Assembly (NCBI RefSeq): GCF_006345805.1 | Contig: NC_043004.1 | Location: forward strand, 96,100,001-96,164,000 | Direction of reading: 5' to 3' | Source: Octopus sinensis | Lineage: Eukaryota | Length of the DNA: 64,000 bases | Shown: in pieces, positions 38,461-51,115 of the stretch | Position numbering within the stretch: position 1 is the first letter of the stretch | Layout: each line of letters begins with the position of its first letter | The notes under the pieces: model-generated | Seen by the model: only the letters and a program-made list of their open reading frames with translations | Database searches by the model: none | What the model was told of the DNA's origin: nothing | Position numbers and translations under genes: made by a program

Positions 38461-40395
38461 AGTCCTAACACAGACACGCACACACACACATATGTATGCA
38501 AGTATATATATATATTTAGCAATAATTATAACGATGCTGAACATGGAGATTTGTTCATCCTCAAAATGTATTTCATCCTATTTCACAATTTTATACACCA
38601 TATTATGGACCTACACGTGTTTCCAGATTACGAGCACAGATTACGAGCAACTGCTAATGCAGCCTGGTACAATTTCGGTGCAGCTTTTTTCAGGATCTAT
38701 CCATTTGACTAATTTCGAAATGAACGGAGTGGGATTAGTTTTTTGTTAGTTAGGTTCCTGGAAAGGTGGGGTTGTAGTTTTGAAACTGAAATCTGATCCG
38801 TTTGTAGGCTTGTGCTGTTGAGCTCAAATTCACACCAGGTGCTGTCCGACTTGCAGGTTCGATCTAATTAGGTCAAATTTGATGTTAGTATTTTCACAGG
38901 GCTCCTAGTTCTTTTGAGCCACCACGGTATCTGCCTACATGATATATCCCTCCAAACTCCCATTTGTATACACACACACACATACACTCACATAGATATA
39001 TGATATACATAGGCATGACTGTGGGACGTGTTAGTTCATTTGCAGTCATGGGGTCTCAGAGTTCGTCAAACTGTATGCTACTTTGAGCATATGTCTTTTA
39101 TAATTCCAGTACAAACTAAGCCAAGTGATGACGCTTATTTGCAATCTTGCTGGAATACACATCTGGGTATTCTGTTATTTGTGTCTAAAGGAAGCGAAGA
39201 AATATCAGCTTGCATGGAAATCAATAAGTGTGGGCACCAGGAAGAGCGTGGAAAAATGGAAGATCTGCTAGAAGGAATTTTGTCTGACACAGGTAAACGT
39301 AGAAAAGTGAATATGAAGATGATACAAGAAAAGACATGTATTCATGCACGCACACACACACACACACACACATATGCACATATACTTGCACACACAGTCT
39401 GATCCATGCAAGCATGAATATGTAAATATTACAACATTGATGATGTATATGTGTATGCGTGTGCATGTGCGTGCCTGCGCGTGTTTGTGTGCGTGTGTGT
39501 GTGTGTGTCTGTGTGTATGTATGTGCATATTAACGCTTGGTTTTATCTGTAATTACGTATAAACACAATTTAACATTAAACTGAAAGATTACTCAATGCA
39601 TTTTAGTTGAGTACATATTTATTATGACTGCAAATAAGCTGAAACTTCAAAGACACTGTCAACCTTAACTTTGTAAAAATTGATGTGTACGTGCATGTGT
39701 ATGTGTGTGTGTGTATGAGAGAGAAAGAGAGAGAGATAGAGAGAGTAAACATGCATCTACTGATACACATACCAACATCTGTCACCAAATGAAAATAATT
39801 CTACAAAGCTAGGGATGTGAACATCAAAGTCAATTAAGATGTTATTAGACCAATAACGAGTTTTCCAATTAAGTGAAACTCCTTGCACAAACCACATAAA
39901 TGAAGGTAAATTTCTTCATTCTAATGCCTTTATGACACTCGCAAATGACCTAATTTAATGGAAGTTACAGACACCTCAGTGTAAACAGATTGTTTACAAA
40001 ATGTTACCAAATACAACACACTAGCTATATACTGTATCGGAAAAAATCTTTTGCTTCCTCCTTCTTGATTTTAGTCCCTGGACTGCAGCCCTGCTGGAGT
40101 TTAATGGAAGTTGGTTTTAAAAGACTGCAAAATTTTAAGCAAAAAACACGCAATTGGAAATATTTTATTGACATAGATACCAAGTTAGTGTATACTATAA
40201 TATATATATGTATATATATATGTGTATATTGACTGCTGTAATTTATTAGCTGCAGGGTAGATTTCCGATCTCAGCGCGCCAAAGTGAATGCATTTGAAAG
40301 ATACACATAAATATAATTTGTTGAGCTCTATGCATGCGGGACTCCGGTCAAACGTTATGTATCTAGTTCTGGAAATTATGTTTGTATACGACAGA

Positions 40396-40470
40396 CTATG
40401 CTGATGATCTTGCAGATTTTCGCGTATGCATATACGTGAATATTAACAAGTGAAACTGATCGGTACATAG
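40396..40470 (+). ncRNA. Type I hammerhead ribozyme motif
   Basis: CTATG CTGATGA t CTTG...CAAG t GAAAC TGATCG GTA CATAG: perfect 5-bp helix I, intact core, near-palindromic loop III. Confidence 0.85.
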
Positions 40471-40724
40471 GTAATCATTTTTATTTCGTATATTTTTATT
40501 TGTCTTGCTTATTTTTTACACTTTGGTTTTGTGCTGAGTTTTTTCTTGAGAACACATTCTTCGTGGAAAATAGCGATTTTGACGTCTATATCTAGCATAT
40601 TGACCGTCCACTTTTAGTGGTCAGTCCTTTAAATTTTGTATGTAAAAAATATTTCAAACTTCGGATTTTAAAAAATGCTAGGCCACTGGTTTTAATTGAT
40701 TAAAATCAATTTCTACCCTTATTC

Positions 40725-40759
<35 letters not shown>

Positions 40760-40763
<4 letters not shown>

Positions 40764-42170
40764 AAATATAGGGTAGCGAATTTTTTCCAGAAATTTCACT
40801 ACCAGTGGCCTAGCATGAATAAAAAGGCAATAGAGAATATATTCTCAATATAAAATAGTGTACATTTAAACACAAGAGAAACTGCCTTCAACAAGTAGTT
40901 TTACACGCTAGAAGAAGTAGTCAAAATGACCAAAACCACATTTAAGAGCAATCTTCAAAAGGAATGAAAAATAAAAACTTTTACCTTGTTATTGTGTTCC
41001 GGTCAGACCTTGGTTTCAAAATTTTTTTTAGCAAATAAAATAATTTGCTAGGCGAATTTCTCATCAGTAACTGCGCCATAACACTAACATATAACTAAGA
41101 GACGAATAACATGTGTCTCATCGTTATACATTATAATTTTCCAAATTCACCGCGCGAGCGCAGTTTTAGTCCGCAGTGAATGAATATATGCTGAACCAAT
41201 CTTCTAAAAATTGTTAAAAACATATACGTAAAATATAGGGTAGCGAGTTATTTTTTTTTAGAAACTTCACTACCAGTGGCCTAGCATGTATAAAAAGTCA
41301 ATAGACAACATATTCTTAATATAAAATAGTGAACATTTAAATATTTAATCTTTTCTTTTGAAGATTGCTCTTAAATGTGATTTTGGTCGTTTTGACTACT
41401 TCTAGCATGTAAAACTGCTTGTTGAAGGCAGTTTCTCTTGTGTTTAAATTTACAACTTTTCGAACCCTAAATTTATTATCAAATTTGATAATTGATTTTC
41501 TAGTTGCTAAAACTACATTAATTTCATTGTGGATGAGGCCAGATTTATTATGCACGAACCATAGGGTTTTATTAAGTTTGATATGATTAATAGAGGAATA
41601 AAAACTACAAATATCAAACTGGATAAATTTAGTGCTTAGTTTATTATCAATAGAGTTGAACCAGTCTTTAACCGTGAATGAATTAGACCATAAATTAAGT
41701 TTTTTTTTAAAGTTAAGGACGGAATGTACTTATCAATAATATTTTTACTAAGTACACCAATATCAAAGCTAGAAGGACTGATAAGACGGAGAGCTGGGTT
41801 ACTGAAGAAGTTAGGTTTGTGGTCTTGCTGTTAATTTCCTTGGTGATATTATGTAGATATCTCAGATGTTTATTCCTTAAGGAGAAACGATGGAATTTAA
41901 CATTCTTAACAATAGACTAGAGGTGAGCTTCAAACTGTTTTAATCTTGGGTTAGGAGGAGGATTGTTTTTAGATTTGAACAATTTACTGAATTCAGAAAT
42001 TTGGTCATTGGAAGGAGGTTCGATATTCTTATTATCTAAGAAGAAAGCTTGCCATCTGATACGATTAATAAAAGAGTTGGTCTCATTACTGAGTTGTTTA
42101 AGGAATACCTTTCTTGGGGAAATAAGTATATCCTTAAGAGAGGCGTTTATATTAGAGGTTTCCATTTGCA
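40760..42170 (-). mobile_element. Penelope-like element (second family) with tandem and inverted pLTR pieces
   Basis: SLKDI..FINRIRWQAFF..FKSKNNPP..LKQFE; DHKPNF..RLISPS; RT motif A FIQFDICSFYSSI; direct repeat 40762-40870/41229-41341; inverted repeat 40866-40961/41355-41448. Confidence 0.85.
41002..41071 (-). ncRNA. Type I hammerhead ribozyme motif within a PLE pLTR
   Basis: GTTA CTGATGA GAAATT cgcc TAGCAAAT tatttt ATTTGCTA aaaaa AATTTT GAAAC CAAG GTC TGAC. Confidence 0.85.
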
Positions 42171-42890
42171 GTAACTAGTTCAGTTTCAGGTTTTGATACT
42201 GAAAATCCTTGTATATATATATATATATATGTTTAATTTACAAGAAAAGATCCGGAGAAATAGTTACCATGGCATTCAAATGTCACATAAGAACTTTAAA
42301 ATATTAGTAACCACACATACATGGATAATAATTCGAAGGAGAAGTGAGACGTATTTTGGAGAACATAAGAGAAATGGAAAATGGAAATAAACACACAATA
42401 TGTTATTTAAATCATTTATATCACCGACATATATGTTTCGATGGATATATTAAAATTAATCCTCGAGGAAAAATTATGTGGCAAGAGATTATAAACAACA
42501 GTGTTCATTAATAAGCCACTTTTATATATGTAAGAAATTAAGAAATTATAAAATATAATATATAATATATGATAAAACAAAAGCTGGATAGAGAACGCTA
42601 GTAATTTTAAAATACCGTTAAGAAATTTGACGTCATAGGACGAGAGAAGAGAAGGAATCTATTTCAATTAATGTATGTCCCCTTTGCCTAATAACTAACT
42701 TTCACTTGATTATTTTCATTCCATATATCCCATTCATTGCTTAGTCATTTCTATCCATTTGTTTATTTCTCTATTACTCCTTTAATTTGCTTTCTCACTT
42801 CTTCCTCTTCTTCTTTCGTCCCATGACGTCAAAATTCTTAACGGTATATTAAAGTTACTAGCGTTCTCTATCCACCTTTTGTTTTTCATA

Positions 42891-43283
42891 TCTATATATA
42901 TAAAAGTGAGGTTGTGTGGTGTCTGTCTCCTACGATTTAGATTCCTAACTACTCCTACATTTTGCGGTACAGTTTAACCAAAACCCGGTATCTTATAGTT
43001 GTGATTCATATCGAGCCCTTCTGGGTATTAGCGCGCGTCTACGATGAGTCTACGATTTAAAAAATAATTTACCATAATTTTTTCCCATTTTTAATGCATT
43101 TTTGGCATATATAAGGGAAGTAACTCTCTAAAAATGTATTATTAAATCTCAGAACGTAAAAAGCTACAGTAACACCCCCCTTTGTGGTTAGCCATATTGA
43201 AATGGCTATTATACTTTACATCTCTAAAAATGCTTATATAGTTATTTCCCTTACAAACCCGAGCAACGCCGCGATACTGCTAG
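42891..43283 (+). mobile_element. Non-autonomous Helitron (long variant)
   Basis: TC start, CTAG end, A|T site; matches 4862-5166 and 16725-17120. Confidence 0.9.
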
Positions 43284-43358
43284 TATAATATATTATATAT
43301 TATAATTTCTTGCATCTGTAAAAGTGGCTTATTAATGAAGACTGTTATTTATAATCTC

Positions 43359-43447
43359 CTCCCTGACAAGATTGATACATTATTCCACATTAATTTTTTC
43401 CTCCCGGGTTAATTTTAATGTATCCATCGAAAAATATATATGTCAGC
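43359..43447 (+). ncRNA. Degenerate hammerhead ribozyme motif
   Basis: CTGACAA gattgatacatta ... taatgtatccatc GAAA aatatatat GTC; the partner arm (42423-42460, minus) keeps GAAAC ATATAT GTC. Confidence 0.7.
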
Positions 43448-43847
43448 GATATAAATGATTTAAATAACATCTTGTGCGTGTGTCTCCATTTTCCATTTCT
43501 CCTATGCTGTCCTAATCACGTCTCACTTCTCCTTCAAATTATTACCAATGTATGTGTGCTTACCAATATCGTAATGTGCTTTTGTGACATTTGACTACCC
43601 TGGTGACTATTTCTCTGGATCTTTCCTTATATATATATTTAAGTGTAGGTTTGTTCCTAGTAGTGTGCCAATAAAGCACGTTCACTGTCTATGGCTACAA
43701 GGCGTCATCCACTGTAATTGCATAATTGTCACTGGATCTATCTCAAGAATTCCTCAGTGTACGATGAGTGTAAAATAAATGATGGAGATAGAAAATGCAA
43801 TATACAGGAAAGTTTATGGCTCACAATGATCGTTTCAACACACCTTT

Positions 43848-43911
<64 letters not shown>

Positions 43912-43920
43912 ATATGTATA

Positions 43921-44134
43921 TCCAAAATGTGACCGCGTGTGTACCGTTGGCTATTTTTTCCCTCCATCTTCCCTTCTTTGGATCTTTCCTTTTCCTATGT
44001 TTATGATGAAGAGCTCCGCTCGAAACGTTAAACCCTCTTTCTTTCCTCCTTTCCTGAGCGTCCAATAATACTATACTTGTTCCACGTCCTCGCGCTGTTG
44101 TGTTTTCTCTTTTTCTTTTCATGTTTGGATTAAC

Positions 44135-44135
<1 letters not shown>
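43921..44135 (+). mobile_element. pLTR related to family P, with minimal HHR motif, inserted in (TA)n
   Basis: GTTT aTGATGA A GAGC tcc GCTC GAAAC GTT AAAC at 43999-44033, followed by ttcctgagcgtc..aatac as in family P. Confidence 0.75.
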
Positions 44136-44170
<35 letters not shown>

Positions 44171-44942
44171 ATATATATATAAGGAAGAAGTAGAGCTAGA
44201 ACCCAGAAAAATCAAGTTATATGATAGTCAATTTCATATTGCCTACGTATGTTTCAATTTCTTACCTTCATTCATATTTTGCAATTAAGATTACATTGTG
44301 CATTTAAAAGGTAAAAATCTCTTTATGGTAAAAGTTGACTAAAATTTGTAAAAATTAATTTTCATCGTAATGGATGGAGAATTGCTTACCAACTGAAATA
44401 GCAGCATGTGCATGTTTGTTTGTTTGTGTCAGCATATGTGTCTTTTGGATTGCTTTCTAAGAATAGCTTGAGGTGAAGCTACGACCATAGTGGACAATGG
44501 CTAGTTGCAGTTTTGGTGAACTGGGTCATATTACCATTCCCCTTAATTGAATGTAGATCGGTTTATGAAAGAGAAAGAGGTTTTACTTGCCCATATTGGA
44601 TTAAGTATATCTTTAATAAATTCAAATGAATAAAATTATAAAAGACAGTATAGAAATAGATATACGTCTAGTAATTCCTAATGAATATAATTGAATAGGC
44701 CTTATGTGAATAAATAAATATCTAGAACTAGTAATTCTATATTAATCAAATGGAGGAATACACATTGAAACCCTCACTATCAGCTGATGTATCAAAATAA
44801 ATAATTGAACAATTATACTAAATAAATGGTGGATAGAGAACTTGATATATTCATAAGGAAAGGGAAATGTATATATGTGTATATACAGATACATACATAC
44901 ATATATATAATATATATATATATATATAATATATATATATAT

Positions 44943-45155
44943 AACGGGAAGCTTTATGAAAATAAACAAAAGACGAAGGCAGGTGGAAAACAAACGAACA
45001 ATTGTATTAGTATGGCGCTCAGGAAATATAAATAAAACAAGTCTTTAACGTTTCGAGCCTATGCTCTTCAACAGAAAGATACACAGAGAGAGAAAAACAC
45101 AGAAAGAAGGAGAGAAAAAAAATGCGTGCAGTAGCTAACGAATCAACATGGCGAT
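44943..45155 (-). mobile_element. Penelope pLTR family P, solo copy in (TA)n
   Basis: Minus strand: tcttt CTGTTGA A GAGC atag GCTC GAAAC GTT aaaga. Confidence 0.8.
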
Positions 45156-45268
45156 ATATATATATATATATTGGTAAAAACGGTAAGATAACAAAAGATA
45201 GAAAGAGACCTCAATATTATGTAAATAGAGAAATTTATCTGTAAAATAATATGATAATTATTTTACAG

Positions 45269-45308
<40 letters not shown>

Positions 45309-45337
45309 ATGTGTGTGTGTGAGTGTGTGTGTGTGTG

Positions 45338-45975
45338 CTAGGTTGTCATACATGAAATGTATTTTTAATTACTAGTTATTTCAGTCATTTAAAAGCAATT
45401 ATGTATACCCTTGCATTAAATCTTGACTCTTTTTATTTCCAAACAATATTGGTATGCAAAATTTGCGCCCACAGACATTATGAAAATAATTACAACCAAA
45501 CAATGTTAAATGATTTTTTTGTATGAGTACAAACTGGATCACTCTGCTACAGAAGCTCTAGAGAATATCAAGCGGGCCTTTGGTAATGGTTTTGTTGACA
45601 TCAGAACTGTTCAGTGATAGTTCCAAAGATCTCGTCCAGGAGATGATGGCCTTGAAAATGAACCAAGGGGGAGGCCAAAGATCAGTTACTCGGCATGATG
45701 AATGAAATGCTTTGATTGAACAAAATCTGAGAAAATGGTCCGAAAACTTTCATCAGAACTCCAAACATGTCGCACAACTGTTTCTCAACACCTGAAAAAA
45801 ACTGGAAAGTTAACAAAATGGATAGGCTTGTTCCACATCAACTGAAAGGGATAAAAGAAAAGCACAAGTTCCTCGATGTGTGCTCGTATTGCTTTCTCGA
45901 CTGAAAAAAAGGACCATTTTTGCATCAAATTACATGTGAAGAAAAAGGGATACTTTGGTGTGTGGAGATAATAAG
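45338..45975 (+). mobile_element. Mariner transposase relic (N-terminal half, different subfamily from 13945)
   Basis: IFLYEYKLDHSATEA..NIKRAFG..RTVQ..F..LENEPRGRP, VPHQL, ITCEEKGIL; multiple stops. Confidence 0.85.
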
Positions 45976-46999
45976 AACTGATTGTCCAGACTCTGAGCAC
46001 AACACAAAACTAATAGCTATTAATACACCTTTCATTTCTAGAAAGGAAATATATTTACAAACAGAGGCTATGGATCTCCAGAAAATGATAAATATAATTT
46101 CAGTTGTATGGCATTTCCAAAGGCTCTGGGACTCAGATCTACAAAGACTAGAATTGAACTCATAACTATAAAGGCTGAAAAATATCTATTTTTTTTTTAT
46201 CAGTGTGACTGATGGCATACTATTTAAAATTCTTAGTTTTATGCCAACTAATGATCTGATACACATTTGCATATGCACATACATGTATATAACTTCAAGG
46301 TCAAGGAGCAATATTGCTACTCAGATGGTTAAGCATTCTAAACTTAGTACTATGGTTATATTTCACTCATGGACGAAGCATATAAATCTATTTGTCTTAG
46401 TTTGCTTGAGCTGAGAGACAAGTTAGGCTCATTCTTCATGGATGAGTGGCTATCAGTAAGAAGGGCACCTAACTGGAAAAACAATTGCTCCAGTTGCTTC
46501 CTATGTTAATACAGATGTCGTGATTTACAGAAACAATCTCTGTTACAACTATGGAAAAAATGTATGTCAAACAGTGAATATGTGTGTGTGTATTTGTGCA
46601 CGTGTATGTCTATATGTATAAACGCACAAACACATACATATATGTAGATATGTATATATATGTATTTATGTATGAGTGTTTGTATGTGCAAACACATATA
46701 TTTCTTCAAGGTCTGTTTCTTTCTGAATGAGATTTTTAAGTTAAAGGCCACGTTTGACCATTTTGTTAGTGAACCAACTCTTTTGGTCATCTATATCTTT
46801 TCCCTTCGATTCACTGCTCCCAACAAGACATTTTGGCAACCAACTATATTGGCAGCAGCAGTAGCAGTGGTTGCAGCAGCAGCAGCAGCATTAGCAGCAG
46901 CTTCAATACTGACAGCAACAACAAAAGTAGCAACGATATCAATGGTCATTGAAATCTGAGACATGACATCATGTCGAGAGTATTAGAGATGCACTGATG

Positions 47000-47059
47000 C
47001 CCACACAAATACAAATATACACCCAGACACACACATGCACACATACTTTCACTCACATA

Positions 47060-47099
<40 letters not shown>

Positions 47100-47317
47100 A
47101 CACATACACATATATATATTCCAAAGACAAGTATACTTCACTACCAATGTATACAGAATATCCTCACAAATATAATGCATACAGATACAAATGCACGTAC
47201 AGACATACATATATACACACACACACACACACATACATACACATATATACAGACATATGTATATGTATATATATCTTTATCTATTTATCTACCAATCAAT
47301 CTTTCTATATACATGTC

Positions 47318-47381
<64 letters not shown>

Positions 47382-47478
47382 ATACATATATATATATATA
47401 CATACATATATATATATATCTGCAAGTCTGCATTTGCAACTATATATATATATAATATATCTGCATGTCTGCATTTGC

Positions 47479-47510
<32 letters not shown>

Positions 47511-48940
47511 TATATGCATATAGATTCATACATACATATATATATATATATGCATGTATGTATATGTACACAGATATAAATGTATGTCTATGCATATTCA
47601 TAAACATACATGTATAAATATATTTAGTTGTGTAAATGTGTATGTATACATTGTATACATATACATGCATTTCTCTCCAATTGTATATGAAGACACATTT
47701 CTATTTACACAAACACATATACATACACATTTAGAGAAAATATTCTTTTTGTCCATACATGCACAATCTGCATAGAAACAAACTAAGAAGTGTATGCACG
47801 TGCACACACACATATATAACACACATACAGATATGAATGCATAGTGATGCTGTAAACCATACACACATGATCACACAAAGACAAAGAAATATACATACTT
47901 ATACACAGGTATTAAATCTATATGCATTCGCTCAAAATAATAGATGTCTAAGCCGGTCTATACACAGATACACACACACACACATAAACGTATTTGAATG
48001 ATTACATCTAATGTCATACATACATGTATGCAAACTTTATAAAACTAGTGCACATGCATGAATACACACAGATATATAAAAATAAAGACATACTAACATC
48101 AAAAGCTTATGCATATACATGGTTATACACACACCCTAATGTGTACACAAAATATAGCATCTAATCACACACACACACAGAGACAGACATATGAGTAACA
48201 GTCAGCTATGTTGTAGTAGGCAAATATAAATGCATGCATTTAAATATACACTCATTTCCATACAGGCACACAATAATATTTATGTGTGCATACATGCATG
48301 TAAAAAACACAAAGATATACACATACACACAAAAAAATATAGAATCCTCTCTCTCCCTACACACGTACACATGCAATCACACACACACACATATATTCTC
48401 TACATACAGACATACACCATACACAGCCTACACATCTATGTTCTTCAGTAATCGCATACGAACACAAGCATGTGCAGAAAATAGAAGATGCCTACACATA
48501 CATATTGACATACATATATTTATATATATGCATGTGTGTGTGTATATATATATATGTATATGTTTGCGTATGTGTGTATATATATATGTATGTATGTGTA
48601 TGTATGTGTGTGTATGTATGTGTGTATAAATATGTATGTATGTGTATGTATATGTATGTGTATATATATGTATGTGTATATATATGTGTATATATATGTG
48701 TGTATATATATGTGTGTATATATGTGTATGTATATGTATGTGTGTATATATATGTATGTGTGTGTATGTATATGTATGTATGTATGTATGTACACACATA
48801 TATCAGCACATATATACACACATATATATAGACGCACATATATATTCCCTCTGTGCATAAACACAAAATCTACACATACATACAAAAACATAGAAAATAC
48901 GTACACATCTACATTCGTATGTATATATATATATACACCC
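47000..48940. repeat. Large compound (TA)n/(CA)n/(TG)n low-complexity tract
   Basis: Seen directly. Confidence 0.9.
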
Positions 48941-49285
48941 AAAACAAAGAGAAGGAGAAGAAGAAGAAAAAGATATAAGTGTATTGTACAGAATAAATGC
49001 AAATAGATTTTAAGAAACAGTCTCAAAGAATTTCTCAAAGCTTCGTCTTTCTTTGGCATTGGATTTAATTACAGTCATTTGATTCTGTTTTCCTTCTGAA
49101 TTCACAGATCAGGGATGGTGCTCTGGTTCACCAGAATCTCCAGGGTGGTTTACATAGATCTAACTAGCCTTCAACGGTAGTGTGAGCATTTGATTTGTCC
49201 TTCCTTCGTATCTACTCCATCACTATCCACTCAAGTAACTCACACTTGTTCCCTTTCTTATTCTCATTTTTCCTTCATAACTCCA

Positions 49286-49324
<39 letters not shown>

Positions 49325-50035
49325 GGTGTCATCTTTCTCTTCATCTCTCTCCCACCACTTTTTTTTGTTCCTTCATTTTCGCTCTTGTGCAAATTTTGGT
49401 CAGTGTTTTATGTGTATGTGTGTGTAAGTGTGTACTTGCCTTTGTGTGTCTGTGTGTGTATGTGTTTGTATGTGTGTGTATCTGTGTGTTTTTTGGGTAT
49501 GTATGTGATCATGGAAGTTAGAGACACTTAGTGCCATTTCGTAATTCATGGTTTGCTTTACATTTGTGATGGTTGTTTAGTGTAAGCTGTTATTTTTTTT
49601 TGTTTTGTTACCCAGGCATTGTGTTATGGTAGGTGTTCTCTATGGACAAACGAACATAGATTAGTTGGATGATGTTAAACCTCTTTAAAGCCTTGTTTTG
49701 GTTTGCAGTGCAATGCAGGAATAATGCAGGAAGTGATTTACCGTTATAAAGTGCATCAAAAAAAAAAAAAATGAAGCAAAACACAAACATAGAAACAAAA
49801 TGGCAATATTTCCTAATGTGCAATGGACTGATTTGTTAAACTGTTCTCAACACAGCAGAAATAGATACTTTTAAATGTCAGCTCTAGTATCTGGCTGAAA
49901 AGAGAAATACAAATTGTTATTTTTACTATTGGAAACATCCTGGGCATGCATGCCTGTTAGTATAAATGCATCTGGGGAAACGAGCCACGTGAGGAGAAGA
50001 GGTTTCTGTAGTGAGTGTTACTCTTTTTTTTTTTT

Positions 50036-50433
50036 TCTCTTTTTACTTGTTTCAGTCATTTTGACTGCGGCCATGCTGGTGCACCGCCTTTAGTCGAATC
50101 AAATCGACCCCGGGATTTATTCTTTTGTAAGCCCAGTACTTATTCTATCGGTCTCTTTTGCCGAACCGCTAAGTGATGGGGACATAAACACACCAGCATC
50201 GGTTGTCAAGCAATGCTAGGGGGACAAACACAGACACACAAACATACACGCACATACATATATATACATATATACGACGGGCTTCTTTTCAGTTTCCGTG
50301 TACCAAATCCATTCACAAGGATTTGGTCGGCCCGAGGCTATAGTAGAAGACACTTGCCCAAGGTGCCATGCAGTGGGACTGAACCCGGAACCATGTGATT
50401 GGTAAACAAGCTACTTATCACACAGCCACTCCT
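50036..50433 (-). mobile_element. SINE family A, full length
   Basis: Consensus match. Confidence 0.92.
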
Positions 50434-50934
50434 GGTCATTTTCTGCAGCAACACCATCATGGTCATTACTCCAGCGTGCAGTTTAGCACACCATTTATTC
50501 ACATCTCCCCCTCCCTCTTCTGCTTTTTTCTTTTCTCTCTTTTCTGTTTTTATCGCCCTCCTTTTTCGGTTGCTTTGTATTTGAATGTTATGATTTAAAA
50601 AGTGGTCTGTTACATAACTGAATGTAAAAAAAATTTTTTAATTAAACAAAAAAAAAGCAAAAATAATGATTGGTCAATGCATTCTACTTCTCATCTTTAT
50701 CATTACCAGCATTTCAAGATGGCATTAATAAATCTCCGAACGAGATGTAAACAGTAACCGCTCGACAACGTAAAGTGAACTAGCCATCTCAATGTGGCTA
50801 GCCACTGGGGGTGGGTGTTACTGAAGCTTTTAGCCCCAGGAGATCATCATCTCCAGCTGGCTTTAGACAAACTTTCTGTGCCCTTATGATATTCGCAAAG
50901 GGAGGTCATCCCCTCTCGAAAACCTAAGTGATAC

Positions 50935-50977
50935 GCACGGACTATAGTTTCGAGGTTTTTGCCTCTTATCAACGTAC
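50935..50977 (-). ncRNA. Minimal type I hammerhead ribozyme, U3-A8 variant
   Basis: GTACG TTGATAA GAGG caaaaa CCTC GAAAC TATA GTC CGTGC. Confidence 0.85.
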
Positions 50978-51072
50978 GGTAATCACCGGTTTATCAGTGA
51001 CAGTGGTTGCTGGGAAAAACATTACATAAATATTCGCAAACAGGTCTCTCCAATCGAAAACCGGTGATTACT

Positions 51073-51115
51073 GTATGTTGACGAGAGACAAAACCCTCGA
51101 AACTATAGTCCGTGT
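51073..51115 (+). ncRNA. Minimal type I hammerhead ribozyme, U3-G8 variant
   Basis: GTATG TTGACGA GAGa caaaac cCTC GAAAC TATA GTC CGTGT. Confidence 0.75.

Larger units (their letters stand above)
42240..43628. mobile_element. Long inverted-repeat (fold-back) PLE-like cassette, ~420-bp arms, right arm split by a Helitron
   Basis: 42240-42658 is reverse complementary to 42800-42890 plus 43284-43628; (TA)n on both flanks; HHR motif in the arms. Confidence 0.85.

Noticed and set aside
44240-44392. Minus-strand GAAAC-ATAC-GTA half-site
   Set aside because: The candidate 5' core (TTGGTAA) and helix II are too degenerate to support
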